From contig CAVNZM010000001.1 in NCBI GenBank assembly GCA_963693365.1, positions 8,572,907-8,636,906 on the forward strand: DNA of 64,000 bases. The letters are read 5' to 3'. A program made the position numbers and the translations under genes. Positions 27,386 through 54,747 of this stretch are shown here, one piece after another. This stretch comes from Amoebidium appalachense. Its lineage: Eukaryota > Protista > Ichthyosporea. Within the stretch, counting starts at the first letter, position 1. Every line of letters begins with the position of its first letter. The notes beneath the pieces were generated by a model. The model did no database searches. It saw only the letters and a program-made list of their open reading frames with translations, and had not been told where the DNA came from.

Positions 27386-28475
27386 GGGACGTACGACAGG
27401 GCCGGCCTTGTTCACAGCCATACGCAGCTTAGCATTGCCGCCCATAGCAGCAATCTTCCTCTGCACCGGCACATAGGCACTGGGGATCACCTCAAGGGGC
27501 ACACCCTTCTTCCACTGTGTGCACGCTATGTCAGTGCCCCCGGAAAAAAAAGGAAGAAAAAAGAACAGAAAAAAGAGTAGGTGGCTGGTGTCTACATACG
27601 TGCATTTTCCATGTGCGGTGGTAAATGACTGGTTCTACTGGTAGCTCCGCATCGAGTTAGCCCCAGTATTCACACCACTTTTCAGAACGACCCCCCTCCC
27701 CCCTCCCACCCCCCCAAACACACACGCAAACCTCCTTTTCCCTTATCCCCCCTTGAACCCCTTCCCCCCGTCCCACACACCCACCCACACCCACCCACCC
27801 ACCCACCCACACACCATCCCACCCCAAGTGTAACATTCACGGCCTTCTCTCAACCACCACAAGAAGCACTGTTCTGCCACCACCTACCAACACACTGCAT
27901 GAGACGGAGACAACCATTCTCCTGATATGAAAAGCATAATACATGCATATCGTGAAAGACACATGAAACGTCAATTCTTTCAACCCCCCCCCCCCCCCCC
28001 CCCCCCCGGCGCCCCCCCACCCCGGCTCTTTGTCCGAGCTCATTCCTCCCCCACCCCCTCCCCCAACACACCCGCCCCGCCCATTTTGACATCCCATCCC
28101 CCCCCCCCCCTCTCTTCTCCCCCCTCCTCCCCCCCCCCCCCCCCCCCCCAATACTTTATCTCTTCAGCTATTTCTCCACACCCACGCACCTGCTCACCCA
28201 GAACCTTCGAGTCCTTTCTGTAGTCTGCAATGACAATAAATGTCTTAGCGTTGTACGCCACAATCTTCTCCTGGGTCTGGCATGCCCCCCGCCCTTAATA
28301 AGATGCAGGTCCTTGTCAACCTGTCACCCAAAACCACCCAGAGGAAAAATGTCAGCATCCTGCCAATTCGGTATCATTAAGAAAGCCAATGTGGCAAACA
28401 AACCCCCAAAAAAATGTCACTTCCCCACATTTCCTGTCGATGTTAAGAAACCCCTCCCCCAGCTCCCCCTTTGCT

Positions 28476-28514
<39 letters not shown>

Positions 28515-28570
28515 AGGAACGACAGGGTGTGCAAGGGGAAAAAGGGGGGTTTCCGTCAGATTCCCCCCCC

Positions 28571-28605
<35 letters not shown>

Positions 28606-29826
28606 TTCTTCCCCTACACACACACCCCACCCCTCCAGCCCTTCTCACCCTTACCAAGAACTGTATAAAGGGTTTAACAAACCATGACCCCTCCCCCTCC
28701 CCCCCCCCCCAGGTTTCCATCCCATCTCGTGTATTCTCCCACCCATGTGTATAAACGAAAACATACAACGTGACACAACCCCCCTCCCCCTCCCCCTCCA
28801 CCCCAACACACACATCTCCCTCCCCATCCCCCCCCCCCCCCCCCAAACACACACACACACAAGACCCAACCACACACTTCTCCTCCATCCCCCCCCCCCC
28901 CCCCCCCCCCCCCGCCTGCCCTCCACACACATTCTCAACCCCCCCCCCCCCCCTCAAAAAAAAAAAAAACACATTCTCCAACCCCCCACACACAGACATA
29001 TCGGCCCCTCTCCCCTCCCCCTTCCCACCCCCCTCCCTTTCCAACCCTGCTCCCCCCCCCCCCCCCCCCCCTTCTCCGCCCACCTCATCAGCGCCATCGA
29101 TAGCCAGGTCCAGCTCGGGGGTTGTTGCCAAGTCACCGAGCACCAGCCCATTCTCGAGAATAAGCTGCCGGGCCTGGAATCCGGTGGGCACACACACGAT
29201 GTGTAGGTTTTCTGCCTTAACCCTCTGGGCTGTATGCAGGTGTCAGCAACACAGCATTGAAGCACTGCATGCCAAAAGTAGCTATTGCCAAAGTCTCCTT
29301 TCTCTGCATCCAGGCCAGTTCCGGCCCTCATACCACCCAGGGTAGCAAAAAAATGCAGACATGAGCACTCGTGTACAAGCCAGAGTTCTCTTCTCCCTCC
29401 CATCCCTTCCCCTCCCCCTTTTGTCCCCAACTTGCAGCTCCTAGATCCACAGAGCATTCACCAAACGCCGCCAACACGTTGACGTGGGCACTCAACCCCC
29501 CCCCCTCCCCCCCCCCCCTCCTCCTCCCCCTCCCTTTAACCTCATGCGCACACACAACAGCAAAACGTAATTGAGAAAAGTACGTACCCAGTCTCTCTAC
29601 GGCGTACACAATAGTCGAACCGCTGCCAACGCCCAGCGACTTCACCTGCGGCTGGAATATCACCGTGCAGTTAGTCCACCAGACTTGTCCCTCCCCCCCC
29701 CTTCCCCCCTCCTCCTCCCCCTGTCCCCCCCTCTCCCCCTACCCCTCCCACCTTCCCCTGCTTTCAGGTCACTTCCCAATACCTTTCCCGCCGCTCGAGG
29801 AACAAAGTAAAAACACAAAAACACAT

Positions 29827-29891
<65 letters not shown>

Positions 29892-29961
29892 ACACGCACA
29901 TAGACACGTACCATGCACAGCACACACACGCACACGCACACACACACACACGCACACACAT

Positions 29962-30001
<40 letters not shown>

Positions 30002-30244
30002 ACACAGCGCAAACATACACACAGCACACACGCACACAAGCACACGCACGCACACACACCTACACACAGACAACCTGCCACGGGAAGACCATCATGTGCA
30101 CATCGTTCAGGCACTCACCGTGACCCACTCGTCGACAGCGGCATAGCCGGCGAGCTTCTTTGCGTCCTCAACAGCAGACATGGTAAAATTTCTGAGCTGC
30201 GTTCTTGTTAGCGCGCGTGGTAATGATCTGAGGAGAGAAAACAT
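25942..30244 (-). CDS. RPIA: Ribose-5-phosphate isomerase A; exons 30119-30244 (core ATG at 30181), 29588-29651, 29084-29229, 28190-28320, 27395-27514, 25942-26124
   Basis: The spliced product has [28 protein letters not shown](G)[32 protein letters not shown] and [10 protein letters not shown]. All introns are GT-AG. One G is missing in the KGGG homopolymer at ~28285-28290, probably a sequencing error. Confidence 0.95.
26713..26869 (-). ncRNA. 5'-truncated copy of the Penelope-associated hammerhead-like RNA repeat
   Basis: Reverse complement of AACTCGGGTACTGTGGATGACGTGGGCCCCCCCTGAGGATGGGCTCTGC...TTTTGACGCAT, flanked by poly-C/G. Confidence 0.7.
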
Positions 30245-30985
30245 GAACCCAACTGTTCCAGGGCCCAAAGAAAGAAAGAGAAACTGGGCCGCGTTTTGGC
30301 TGAAAGTGCGTTTTTGTCTGTCATGTGTGCGGGTGAAAGAGTACTGGTGACAAACTGGCCAATAGAGAAACAGTGCTGCTTGGAGAGCCAATCAAATAAT
30401 CTTTTGAGTGCTCGCTAAACCAATCATCAATGTTTATCGCACAATTTCAGAATAGCCATATCAGGCAAGAGTGCGCTCAGCGCCAAATTTGATGGCGCAC
30501 TCAATTCGAACCAACAGACCGAACCGAACTCCTTTTATTTGGCTCGACCCGGCCCAGGTTTTGGTGACGTCAATTTGACGTATTCACAGTGATGACGTGT
30601 ACACAAAACTTCTGCGGACAAAACACTGCAACGCTCGGCTCAGTTTTTCTGTCCGCTGAAGTTTTTTGGAAGTTAGCTCCCCATTCCGACAGAAGGCTTG
30701 GCCTATTTAGTTTTCCTTGCTGCCTTTTTTTTTGTGAGGGATTGTTTTATAGCACGTAGGTTTCAGTTAGGGGCAAGCCAGACATAACTTCTCTCGCTTT
30801 GCCGGCTTGAAGTGTTCGGGTGCAAGGTCGGTTCACTCAACACACACAGAGGGAGTGAGTTAGATTCGGATAGCACCAAGCAAAGCATCATAGCCACAAC
30901 CCAGGAACAAGTAGTGTGACAGGAATTCAGGTCACAGGGTCCGCTGGACAAAAAATCTACGCTCAACTTTCAGCCATAGCCACAG
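30245..30985. promoter_or_regulatory. Compact bidirectional promoter for RPIA and RPT1, plus a putative RPT1 5'-UTR exon ending at 30985
   Basis: A microsatellite-free interval between divergent genes. It has CCAAT boxes (~30359, 30388, 30420), TGACGTCA at ~30564 with nearby TGACGT half-sites, a donor CAG|GTGAGT at 30986 and an acceptor at ~31968, just upstream of the RPT1 ATG. Confidence 0.55.
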
Positions 30986-31221
30986 GTGAGTGCTTGGTTG
31001 TCAAGTGACAAAACATGCCTGTGTTGAGAGCATGGCAACGATCTGGAATTTTCGCCTTGCTTTTGTTTTTGGTGATGTTCTTTTTTTCCGAGGGGGGCCA
31101 GGGAGGGGATGGGGAAGAATTTGGAAGAAGGGTACTCACATAGTGTCTCTAGGGTGACAGTTGAGTCAGACATTACCTCGGAGAGAGAGGGGGGGTGGGG
31201 GGGGTGGGGGGGAAGGGTGAA

Positions 31222-31254
<33 letters not shown>

Positions 31255-31275
31255 GGAGGATGTGTATGTGTGTAT

Positions 31276-31306
<31 letters not shown>

Positions 31307-31981
31307 GAGGGGGGTGGGGGGGGGGAGAAGAGGGGGGGATGGAGGGTGAGGCGGGGAGGGGTTGGGTGGGGGGGCTAGGGGCTCGTACCCCTTTGTAATT
31401 GTGGTCGTTTACTGGCAAGTCTGCGTGCACAGTAGCACTGCAAGGGTCGACTCCGTGTGGGTGTACGTGTACTGTGTGTGTCTGAAGGGTTAGTGTGCAT
31501 GTTTAGACATCTTTGGGTTTGTGATTCGTGTCTGCGTGCCTTTGTAGATCCTCTGTGCCAGGGACACTACCGGCTCTGGAAACTGAAGTAGGGACGAAGG
31601 TGGTTGGTGGAGACGTGGGTGATGGGTACTGTGGAGGGTTAGGGTTACTTTGTTCTGTGTGGGGAGAGATGAGGGGAGTGGGTTGGGAGGAGGAGAGGGG
31701 GGGGAAGGGGGGGGGGGAGGTGTGTGTGTGTGTGTGTGCATGGGCGGCGGTTGCGGCGGCGGGGGGAGGCGGGGGGCGAGGGGGTGGGGAGGGGGTGAAG
31801 AGAGGGGGGAGGGGACGGGGGGAGGGGGAGGGCTTATATAGGAGCTGTAAGAGATGCGTCTCCATATATATATATACTCCGATGGTCTCCATACGGTTGT
31901 GGTGTGCATGTTGTCGTGCCTATCCCACATCCCAAGTGTCATTCACTGATGTTTTGCTTTTGTTACAGGGCAGCCAGCAGA

Positions 31982-46484
<14,503 letters not shown>

Positions 46485-46627
46485 GAAAATAAAAAGTGAC
46501 TGCGTATATTGTTTCTTCAGAAACAAGAAACTGGGGTGGTATTGATGATTTTGATGGGGATCAAAATGACTTTGAAACCGTAATCAACAAATTGGACATT
46601 ACTTACACGCACACACGAGCGCGCGTG

Positions 46628-46669
<42 letters not shown>

Positions 46670-47464
46670 ACGCACACGCACACGCACACACGCTCGTGCA
46701 CACACTGTGATATGTAGATACAAGTTCTATCTCCCAGTCCTCACTCCCCCACCGGCCCCCGGGCCCACCCGGGTCCCCCACCCCCACCCCCTGCAGGCTG
46801 GAGTTTATAATTATGATCACTGTCCCGGATCACGTCTGGGATACTCACCACGTGCACATACACTACCAATACTTACTACAACCACAAGTTTGGCAGTAAG
46901 TCACGGCAGGGTACAGGGCACACACGTATGATACCTTACGAATTCGAACGTGCACAGACTGAGTGTACATCACTGTGATGTCACTTGGCCATGGTGATTG
47001 GTGCCTGTGTGCACATGGGACAGTCTGGGTCCAGCATCTCACCTGGCTGCTCATGCAGCACCACTCCCAGCTGCCGGCCAATGGGCAGGTGTGTTGTCTG
47101 CTGCAGCAGCTCACGTGTGGCAGCCGCCAGCTCACACGTGCACATTGGGCCAGCCTTTTTCTGCTCCTCGGCAACTGTGAACTCCTCCTTGCACTTCCGC
47201 CAGCCTGTGAACCACACACGGCACACACCACCGGCACGCTCAGTCCACCTTTTCCCAACACGTTGCAAAACTCAACCACGACAACATTAACATGCCATCC
47301 AAAACATGGGCAAACATCACAAACTCCAATTTGGAAAAGATTAGTTCATACGTTTCAGAGCCCAACTGTATTCCGGTGTGCGTTTTTGATGGAGAACCGG
47401 CACCCACTAAAGAACCCCCCCCCCCCCACACACACACACACACACAGACACACACACACACCGT

Positions 47465-47537
<73 letters not shown>

Positions 47538-47797
47538 ACACAAACACACACACACACATACTTACATGAGCTCAGGCTTTAATCACTCTCTTACCCATTT
47601 CAGCAACACATCCCCTTCCTTCCTTCCCCAATCTGTCCCGCTTTCAGCTCCCCCCCCCCCCCCCCCCCCCCCCCCCGGCCCATGATGCCCCCTCCCCCCT
47701 CCCTCATTGATCCCCCTCCCCCCCCCCCCCCCCCCCCATCCCCACTTCACCGAAGGCTAACAGCACGGCATAACCCATCCTCTCCCCCCCCCCGGGC

Positions 47798-47992
<195 letters not shown>

Positions 47993-48224
47993 TTTCATAA
48001 TTTTGTTTCTCAGACCCTTTCTCTTGCATCCCCCCCCCCCCCCTCCCTCCCCCTCCCCCCACACACCCATCCATATCTCTACGGTCATGAGGAAAAAGAA
48101 AGACTGAGTGGCAGGGGAGACCGAAGGGTAGGGGAGGGGGTGAGCGGGGAGGGGGGAGGGGGGGGGGGGGGGGGGGGAGGCAACTGCATTCAATGAACCT
48201 CGAACCCATGCCAATATGTGCTCT

Positions 48225-49606
48225 TTATTTTTTTGCCTCCTCCACCACCAGCGGCCGCTGGATATTGGTGAGGAAGGCACAGACCAAGAACACAGAGTGA
48301 GCAATTCTAAATTGCGTCACGGGGATGGGGGCATGTAGCCACTTATAGCTCTTGATTCTAGCTATTGCCCTTTCTGCGTGAATGCGGAGGGAGGCAATGC
48401 TGCGGCCTTCCGCTGCCTGCTTCCCCGTAAACTGCCTAATACCATCCCTTTTGAAGGGGGGCTGGAAACAGTGTAGGCCTGCCATTTCACACCGTTCCCT
48501 AATATGCACACCTTTTTCTATCATTATGCCCATGCCCTTAGGTACCTTAGCAATAACACGCGCATTCTGGCACATTATCTTATCGGATGCACCACCCCCA
48601 TTGGCACCCTGCACTAAGCCCACACGCAGTGAGGGCAAAACTCCCACAAGCCACTTTAAAGTATGCCGTTGCTTATAATCACTCGACATGAGAGACGCGA
48701 GGTGTGCGTCTGAAGAGATCTCATCAATGATCTCTGTAGCATCTAGAATGATACCGGTTTCCTTATACTGGGGATTGACCTTAAAGAGCTTGTGTGCATC
48801 TGCTTCTAATTCTTCCTTCGAAGGAAGGTCAGGAAACAAGAACTGCACCACCCCAACCACAAACATAACCCGTGCACGAAATATGGTGCTTACTGTTGCT
48901 TCACTTACACCGAACAGGTAGTCCATGTGCTCCTGTGGGAATCCCTGTTTCATATACACCAGCGCAACTAGAATCTCGTTGTCCCAACGGGTTTTCGAGC
49001 TGAACCGTTGTGTGCCTTTGGCTTCCCCTCCATGTTCAGGTTTGCCCCGCCCACCAGCACACATATTTCCAAAAACAACGACAAAACGGTCCAGTTGGGA
49101 AACCCTGTGTACGTGCTTACTGACTTATCGTTGTTCTTGATCATGACTATGGACATGCGCGTGATTTTTTCCTTCTTTATCGAAAGTAGCTCGTTCTGTA
49201 GTTCCAGGTTTTCTTTCAAACTAGCTGTCGTTTCTTTCGCACACTTTTCCGCCTCTGCTTTCATTTGGTCCACTTTGCCTAACGCCTTACTTAGCTATGC
49301 AGCCAAAACCTTATTCCCTGCAAGCACACTCTTTGCCCACGCATCTGCTGCAGACAGCTTTTCGTCCCTTTCCTCGATTTGTTTGCTCTTCTCGGCTAGC
49401 TCCGCCTCTAGCCTGCGCAACTCGGCGTTTTTCTCGTCCAACATAGCCTCGAGTTGTTCGGTTGTGCGCGAGAAGGGCGGTTCCTGTTCCTCCTGTGCGT
49501 TTTGGATGTCATCTTTTGCTCGTTTTGCAGCTCTCTCTCTGCGTTCTGTGTCTAGTTTCCTTTTAACGCCCAGCCTCATCCTTGTTATACCCGGGTATTT
49601 CGACAC
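48225..49606 (-). pseudogene. Decayed DDE_Tnp_4 transposase (ISL2EU/PIF-Harbinger superfamily) with an N-terminal coiled coil
   Basis: TYTGFPNW, HTH YLFGVSEATVSTIF, IILDATEI, DYKQRHTLKWLVGVLP, GGASDK, IASLRIHAERAIARIKSY. There is an in-frame stop at ~49293, a frameshift near 49065, and the second catalytic motif reads IMIEKG instead of the usual MADKG. Confidence 0.88.
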
Positions 49607-52503
49607 CCTCAGGCACTAGTTCAGGCACCGCTAGGCCTCCGTTGCTTACACCATTTTTTCGCTACTGTGCAGGCCCGCGTAGGGCCGTTAGACGGCAGCA
49701 CATCCTGCACCTAAGCAAAAATGTGCGTGAGCTAACCAACAATTGTTGTATGTAATATACTTTTTTTGCAAAAACCCTCTTTTTTTCCTTCTAAGGGTTG
49801 GTGGAAAAGTGGTACGTGGCTTCACGTGTTACGCGTTGGTTGGGAACCGTTTCCCGCCAAAACCCATGGGGGCGGGCTAGGCCCTATGGGTCATGAGCCA
49901 CGGCCATCTAGGAGTCTCTACAATAGATGGCCGTGGTCATGAGCCGCATTCCACAAATCAGCCTACTATTATAGATCCAAAGTGGTCCATCAGTGTAAAG
50001 GTGTCGTATTTACAAAAAATAAAAGCCCGCGGCGTGCAATTGCATGTGCCCATGCCACGGGATCGTATACGTATTTAGGCGCTAAATACGAATACGATAA
50101 AAACCCGTATTTAGCGCGCTACCAAACAGGCCCTTAGGCTCACAACCTGCAAGCGTGGGGCACTGCAAAGCCTGTGTGTGCACGTGTACGGCCTACTAGT
50201 GTTACAGCTAAAAGAAGGGTCACTGAGGGGGGGAGGGCTCCGAGCCTACCAGTGTGTGGGTGTGTGCAGGCTACTATATGCAGGTGTACGGCCGTGTATA
50301 GCCTGTGTAGGGTCCTGTGGGCCGGTGTGAAGCCTGCTGCACGTGTGTGTGCACCTGTACAGGACGTGTGAGCCGTGCATATGCACTAGTACTGGTGTGG
50401 CCGCGATGGGCGATCGCGTACTCAGTGACACCATGGAAGCAAGGGGAGTGCAGGATTGGAGCCTGTCTTGTTGCGCAAGTCGGCAAATTCATGCCTGCAA
50501 TTATGCGGAGGTCCCACATCCTTCCCCTCCTTTTAGTTTGCTACTTTCCCTTTTCTTTTTTAGGTTCATATGCATCAGGCAACTCAGTCGACCACATATG
50601 TATACAGGGGCGACGTCACAGGCAGCTCAGGCTCATGACGTCGATCGCAATTGCAACCGGCTCACGTGAATATGAGCAAGCCGCTGCAGCTTTAGAAACC
50701 CAAGCAAGCATTACAGCTTTTTGTTTATGTGCATTGAAGAAGGTTAATCCAGAGCTAAAAATGAAATTGTGTTTATATGGCAATCTATTATGTATGTAAC
50801 GTATGTATGTATTACCAACATGACACTGTGCTCACGTGCATTACTACGCTTGGACTGGTGCTGTAGTAAATACCAGGGATGTAAATATAACCAATATATG
50901 CTCATTTCAGAAGTTCACACTTCCGACACGGACAACATCTGGTATTAAGAATAACGGTCAACCACAGCCTGCCAGACAGCTGTCTGTGTGATCGATTTAC
51001 ACAGCACTTAACTAATAGCATGATTGCCGGGATGGCATCAAAATTCAAAATGAAATAAGTACATTTGTGAGATGTACTATATAAAAAGGCAAGCCAGCCA
51101 GGGAGTGTATATGGGAGGCACAATATGGCGCCTGCATGCGCGGAGCCGAAATCGATATATCAGATGAGGACAGTTCTTATTGCGGGATCAGGATCCGACG
51201 GTATGGCCCGGGTGTATTTGCGCAACATTTAGCCTTGCGAAATTCTTTGGTCGAACAACTCACAAAAGAAATCAATAGAATACTGACCGCTAATTAGTAA
51301 TTTATAAAAAAACTGTTATTATCTGTTCTGCAGGATGTTATGTTTGCGCAAGGTACCCTGTCGACTCCACTTGCAAGGCGAGGCCTCCCGCCGGCCGACC
51401 GTCTGGCACCCGCGCGTCTGAAAGAAACTTTTTCAAAATTCGAAATAAGTGAATTTTTCAGCTGCATCATGGCCGCGCATATGCATGCGCCGCATCGTCG
51501 ATGGCGAAATCAAACACGTCTGGGCCGCATTAACCACAATATATTTGTTTTCAGGGTTCAAACTTAAAATACATTTAACAAAGCCACAATGCAAAATGTA
51601 AGGACTGTGTGGTTTCTTCACGTGACAGTGTCCCCGGAAAAAATATCCCGAGCCGACTCTTGTGATCACGGTTCGAGAAACTATTTCTGCAAGATGCTAA
51701 AATTAGATTAGATCATTATCTTATTTTGATTCGCTAAATGTCACTCCATGCTCTTTCAGCATCAACCGGGAATGACAATAAACCAGTCATTGAACAATGC
51801 GCTTATTCAGGTGTGACTGACTAATCAGCGCACATTTTTGCACCTCGTACGCTCAAAGCACTTAGAAAGGAAACTGTGCGGCTCCCAAGGCCACAATCAC
51901 CTATGATAATCAAAATATTCTACCTCAAAACTATTCAGGGAATACTAAAAATGAAAAACTTTAAATGTATAAGTTTTTTTTTCTATTTCTATCCGAGGAG
52001 AATTTCTCACATCACGATTTGGGCAATAAAGCTTGATGCCCGATTTAGAAATCTATTTTTGGCATACAGTCTCGGCCACACTCAAACGTCCACCATGCAC
52101 ACGTCAACACGTTGCGCATGCGTCGTTGTCTTTCTGCTGGCAACGTTGATTCACTTTGCTCTGTCTTTTCAACGTCTGCAAAAAAAACAACGCACATAGC
52201 CACACACGCACATAGCCACACACTCACAGTTCAAGGTTGCGTGCGAAACTTATCATTAGCATCACTTTGCAGACCGTTGCAGGGAACGAGTACTTGAGCG
52301 TCTTGACTCGCAGAATCGTCCACCTCAACTGGACAGTTCCGTTTCGAAAGTTTTCCGCAATCGTTGGTTACTTCAGAACTGTCATAGCCTGAACGGCAGT
52401 GGCTCTCGACTGAAAAAAAGCAGCAACTTTTCTTTTTCGACACCGTGCTAACTACATTCTAAGAGGGGTGGCAGGGGCCGCCTAGGCCTCTACGGAGCGG
52501 ATA

Positions 52504-54747
52504 ATGCTGCTGCACAGGCAACCTGCCGTTTCCAGTTCCATGTACAACCCACACTCACAGGCCTCGGCAGGCTACAACAGGTACGACATCACTCAAATGC
52601 CAGAAATTTACACGCTTTGTTTAGCAATTGCCTCACGATAGTACCCAACTAGTGTTGGTGTGGAAGTCTTCCCGTTCTTTTTTCCTTTGACGAACGAGTG
52701 CTTTCTCGCTTACTTGAGACTTAAACATACCAGTTTCCGACCTTTCTTGCCTCACACCCCACTTGCTCTCAGGCTCGATGCCGTGTTACTTCCCTCCTTG
52801 ACCCAGTGGCTGACACTGCCATTTCTCTCCTTCTTTCTCCTGTTTTCTTTTTCTTGCCAGCAGGTCCCCTTATGTAGATGGGGGTGATGGGCACGATGGG
52901 CACGAAGGGCTAGACTGGCACGGCCTGGGCCAGCGCTACAACAAACAGAACAGCCTCGTTTGGCGCCAGTGGCACTCTGATGAGGATGGTGTGTGCCCTT
53001 CCTCCTCACCTCTCTCTCTCTCTCTCCCTTTTTCTCGCTGTGTTTTGTTTTCTGAACGGTTGTTGACTGCTCAAGCGATGAAAGTAGTTCCTCCCACTCT
53101 CTTTGCACCCACCCACACCAAGTCCGTTCTTTCATCCTCGTTGTACCCCCCCCCCCCCCCCCCCCTCCCCCCCTCCCCCTTCCCCTCCCCCAAATAAGAA
53201 CAATAGTAATATAATAATGAGTGGATAAATGTTGCGCCTAAAACTTCACATCATTAGTGCAGACAAAGGCATAATTTTCCTCTCAGAAGCAAACTGGCAC
53301 TTCCCGGCACCTTTTAACTAGAGCTAGGCACCTATCAAAATGGTGAACTTTCTGAACTTTGCAACAATGTCATAAAACTAACACTATTTTTTTTCCTTTA
53401 GCGGAAGGTGAGCAGGGTCTTCTTGACCACGGCAGCGCCCAGCAACTGTCGCGCGCCGACCGGGATGACATGTCACAGCCCAACACACCCCACCCGGGAA
53501 ACAACAATGCCGGGAGTGGTGGGGGAAGCACCACAGGGAGGGGAGTGTACCGCCGCAGCCAGGAGTCTGCAAAGAAAAACGCCGAGTTTGCGCGTGCAAA
53601 CAGACAACGCAAGAAGGAGTACGTTACCACGCTGGAGGAGAAGGTGCGGGCACAGAACGACACGATTAAGCAGCTGAGGCAGCAGCTGGAGGGGGTCCAC
53701 GACGAAACACAGGCGCTCAAGGACCAGGTGTGTGTGCGTGTGTTCCTATTTGAGCCTATTTCTCCTTCTGTGTGTGTGTGTAATTTCAATAGCCTTCTTC
53801 GGCAGTTTTAGCTGGAATGGTACTGAGCAGCTTGCAGGAGAGACAAGAGAGAAAGGCAAGGGAAGGGGGAGATTAGGCTTGTTATAGTGGGACTCAGAGC
53901 AAACGGGCAGGTGGAAAGGGGAGGAAGGGGGGACTGGTAGCTCTTTGAAGCTGCAGAAAACGATCCGGAAATGTGTCAGCCTTACTGGTGCCCTGCATCG
54001 TCCACGTGATCTTAGTAAACTGATCTCTGCCCCCCTCTTTCTCTGCAGGTGTCGTACCTCCAGAACGTCATTGCCAACCAGTCCAGTCTCTCAAACGTGC
54101 TCACGGCCATATCCATGGCCCTACCCACGGCCGTTTTGGGCAGCCCGAGCACTCGGAGTAACCAATCGGCTCTTTCACCCTCCATGCAGTCCGGCAACAT
54201 GAATAATCCAGGCACAAAACGCCAAGGGGAAGATGGGGGAGAGCAAGGGGCACGGACGATGAAGCAGCAGAGGTTATCGGATGGGGCGCAGCGGCTGCCC
54301 TCGGGAGCACAAGGAAGGTGGGAGGAGGGCGGGGGGGTGTGCCTGCACGTGACTGGAGCGGGTGTGTCGATGGAATTCTGTCACCAATGCAGCAGGTCTG
54401 CACAAAGGGCACGTAAGCCCTCGTCAGAGCTGACGAACACAGCTGCAAACCAACATCATGTACAGGGGGCGGATGAACAGAGGGGTGACTTGGGCGTTCC
54501 CCTGTATTGGCGCCGGAACATTGGGCCGAATCAGGGGCATGAACGTGCCGAGCGTGAAAGCAACAACTTTAAGCAGGGTGGGGGCAACGGCATGCTCCCT
54601 CCGACTGGCGGGAGGGGGGGCCAGTTTTGGGAGGACGGAGGGGTATCCAATGGAGGAAGGAAGCAGCAGGGGGGGAATGGGCAGAGGGGCGGGTGGGGGC
54701 CGGGGCCGATGGAAGATGAGAAACCACCCCTGGCACGCACACTGTAA
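52504..54747 (+). CDS. CREBZF: CREBZF/Zhangfei-like bZIP transcription factor; exons 52504-52580, 52864-52988, 53402-53727, 54049-54747
   Basis: Basic region KNAEFARANRQRKKEYVTTLE, a zipper continuing QVSYLQNVIANQSSL and the family C-terminal motif GGVCLHVTGAGVSMEFCHQC. Splice phases are consistent, but the first two exons are less certain. Confidence 0.8.

Noticed and set aside
28280-28295. Frameshift in RPIA exon 4 as pseudogenisation or programmed frameshifting
   Set aside because: It is a single missing G in a homopolymer of an otherwise intact essential gene, so a sequencing error is more likely. The integrase G-run shift at ~18285 is similarly doubtful.
46863-47400. Cys-rich ORFs next to the transposase as a partner gene (exonuclease or zinc finger)
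   Set aside because: No frame gives a recognisable motif set, so it cannot be supported without a profile search.
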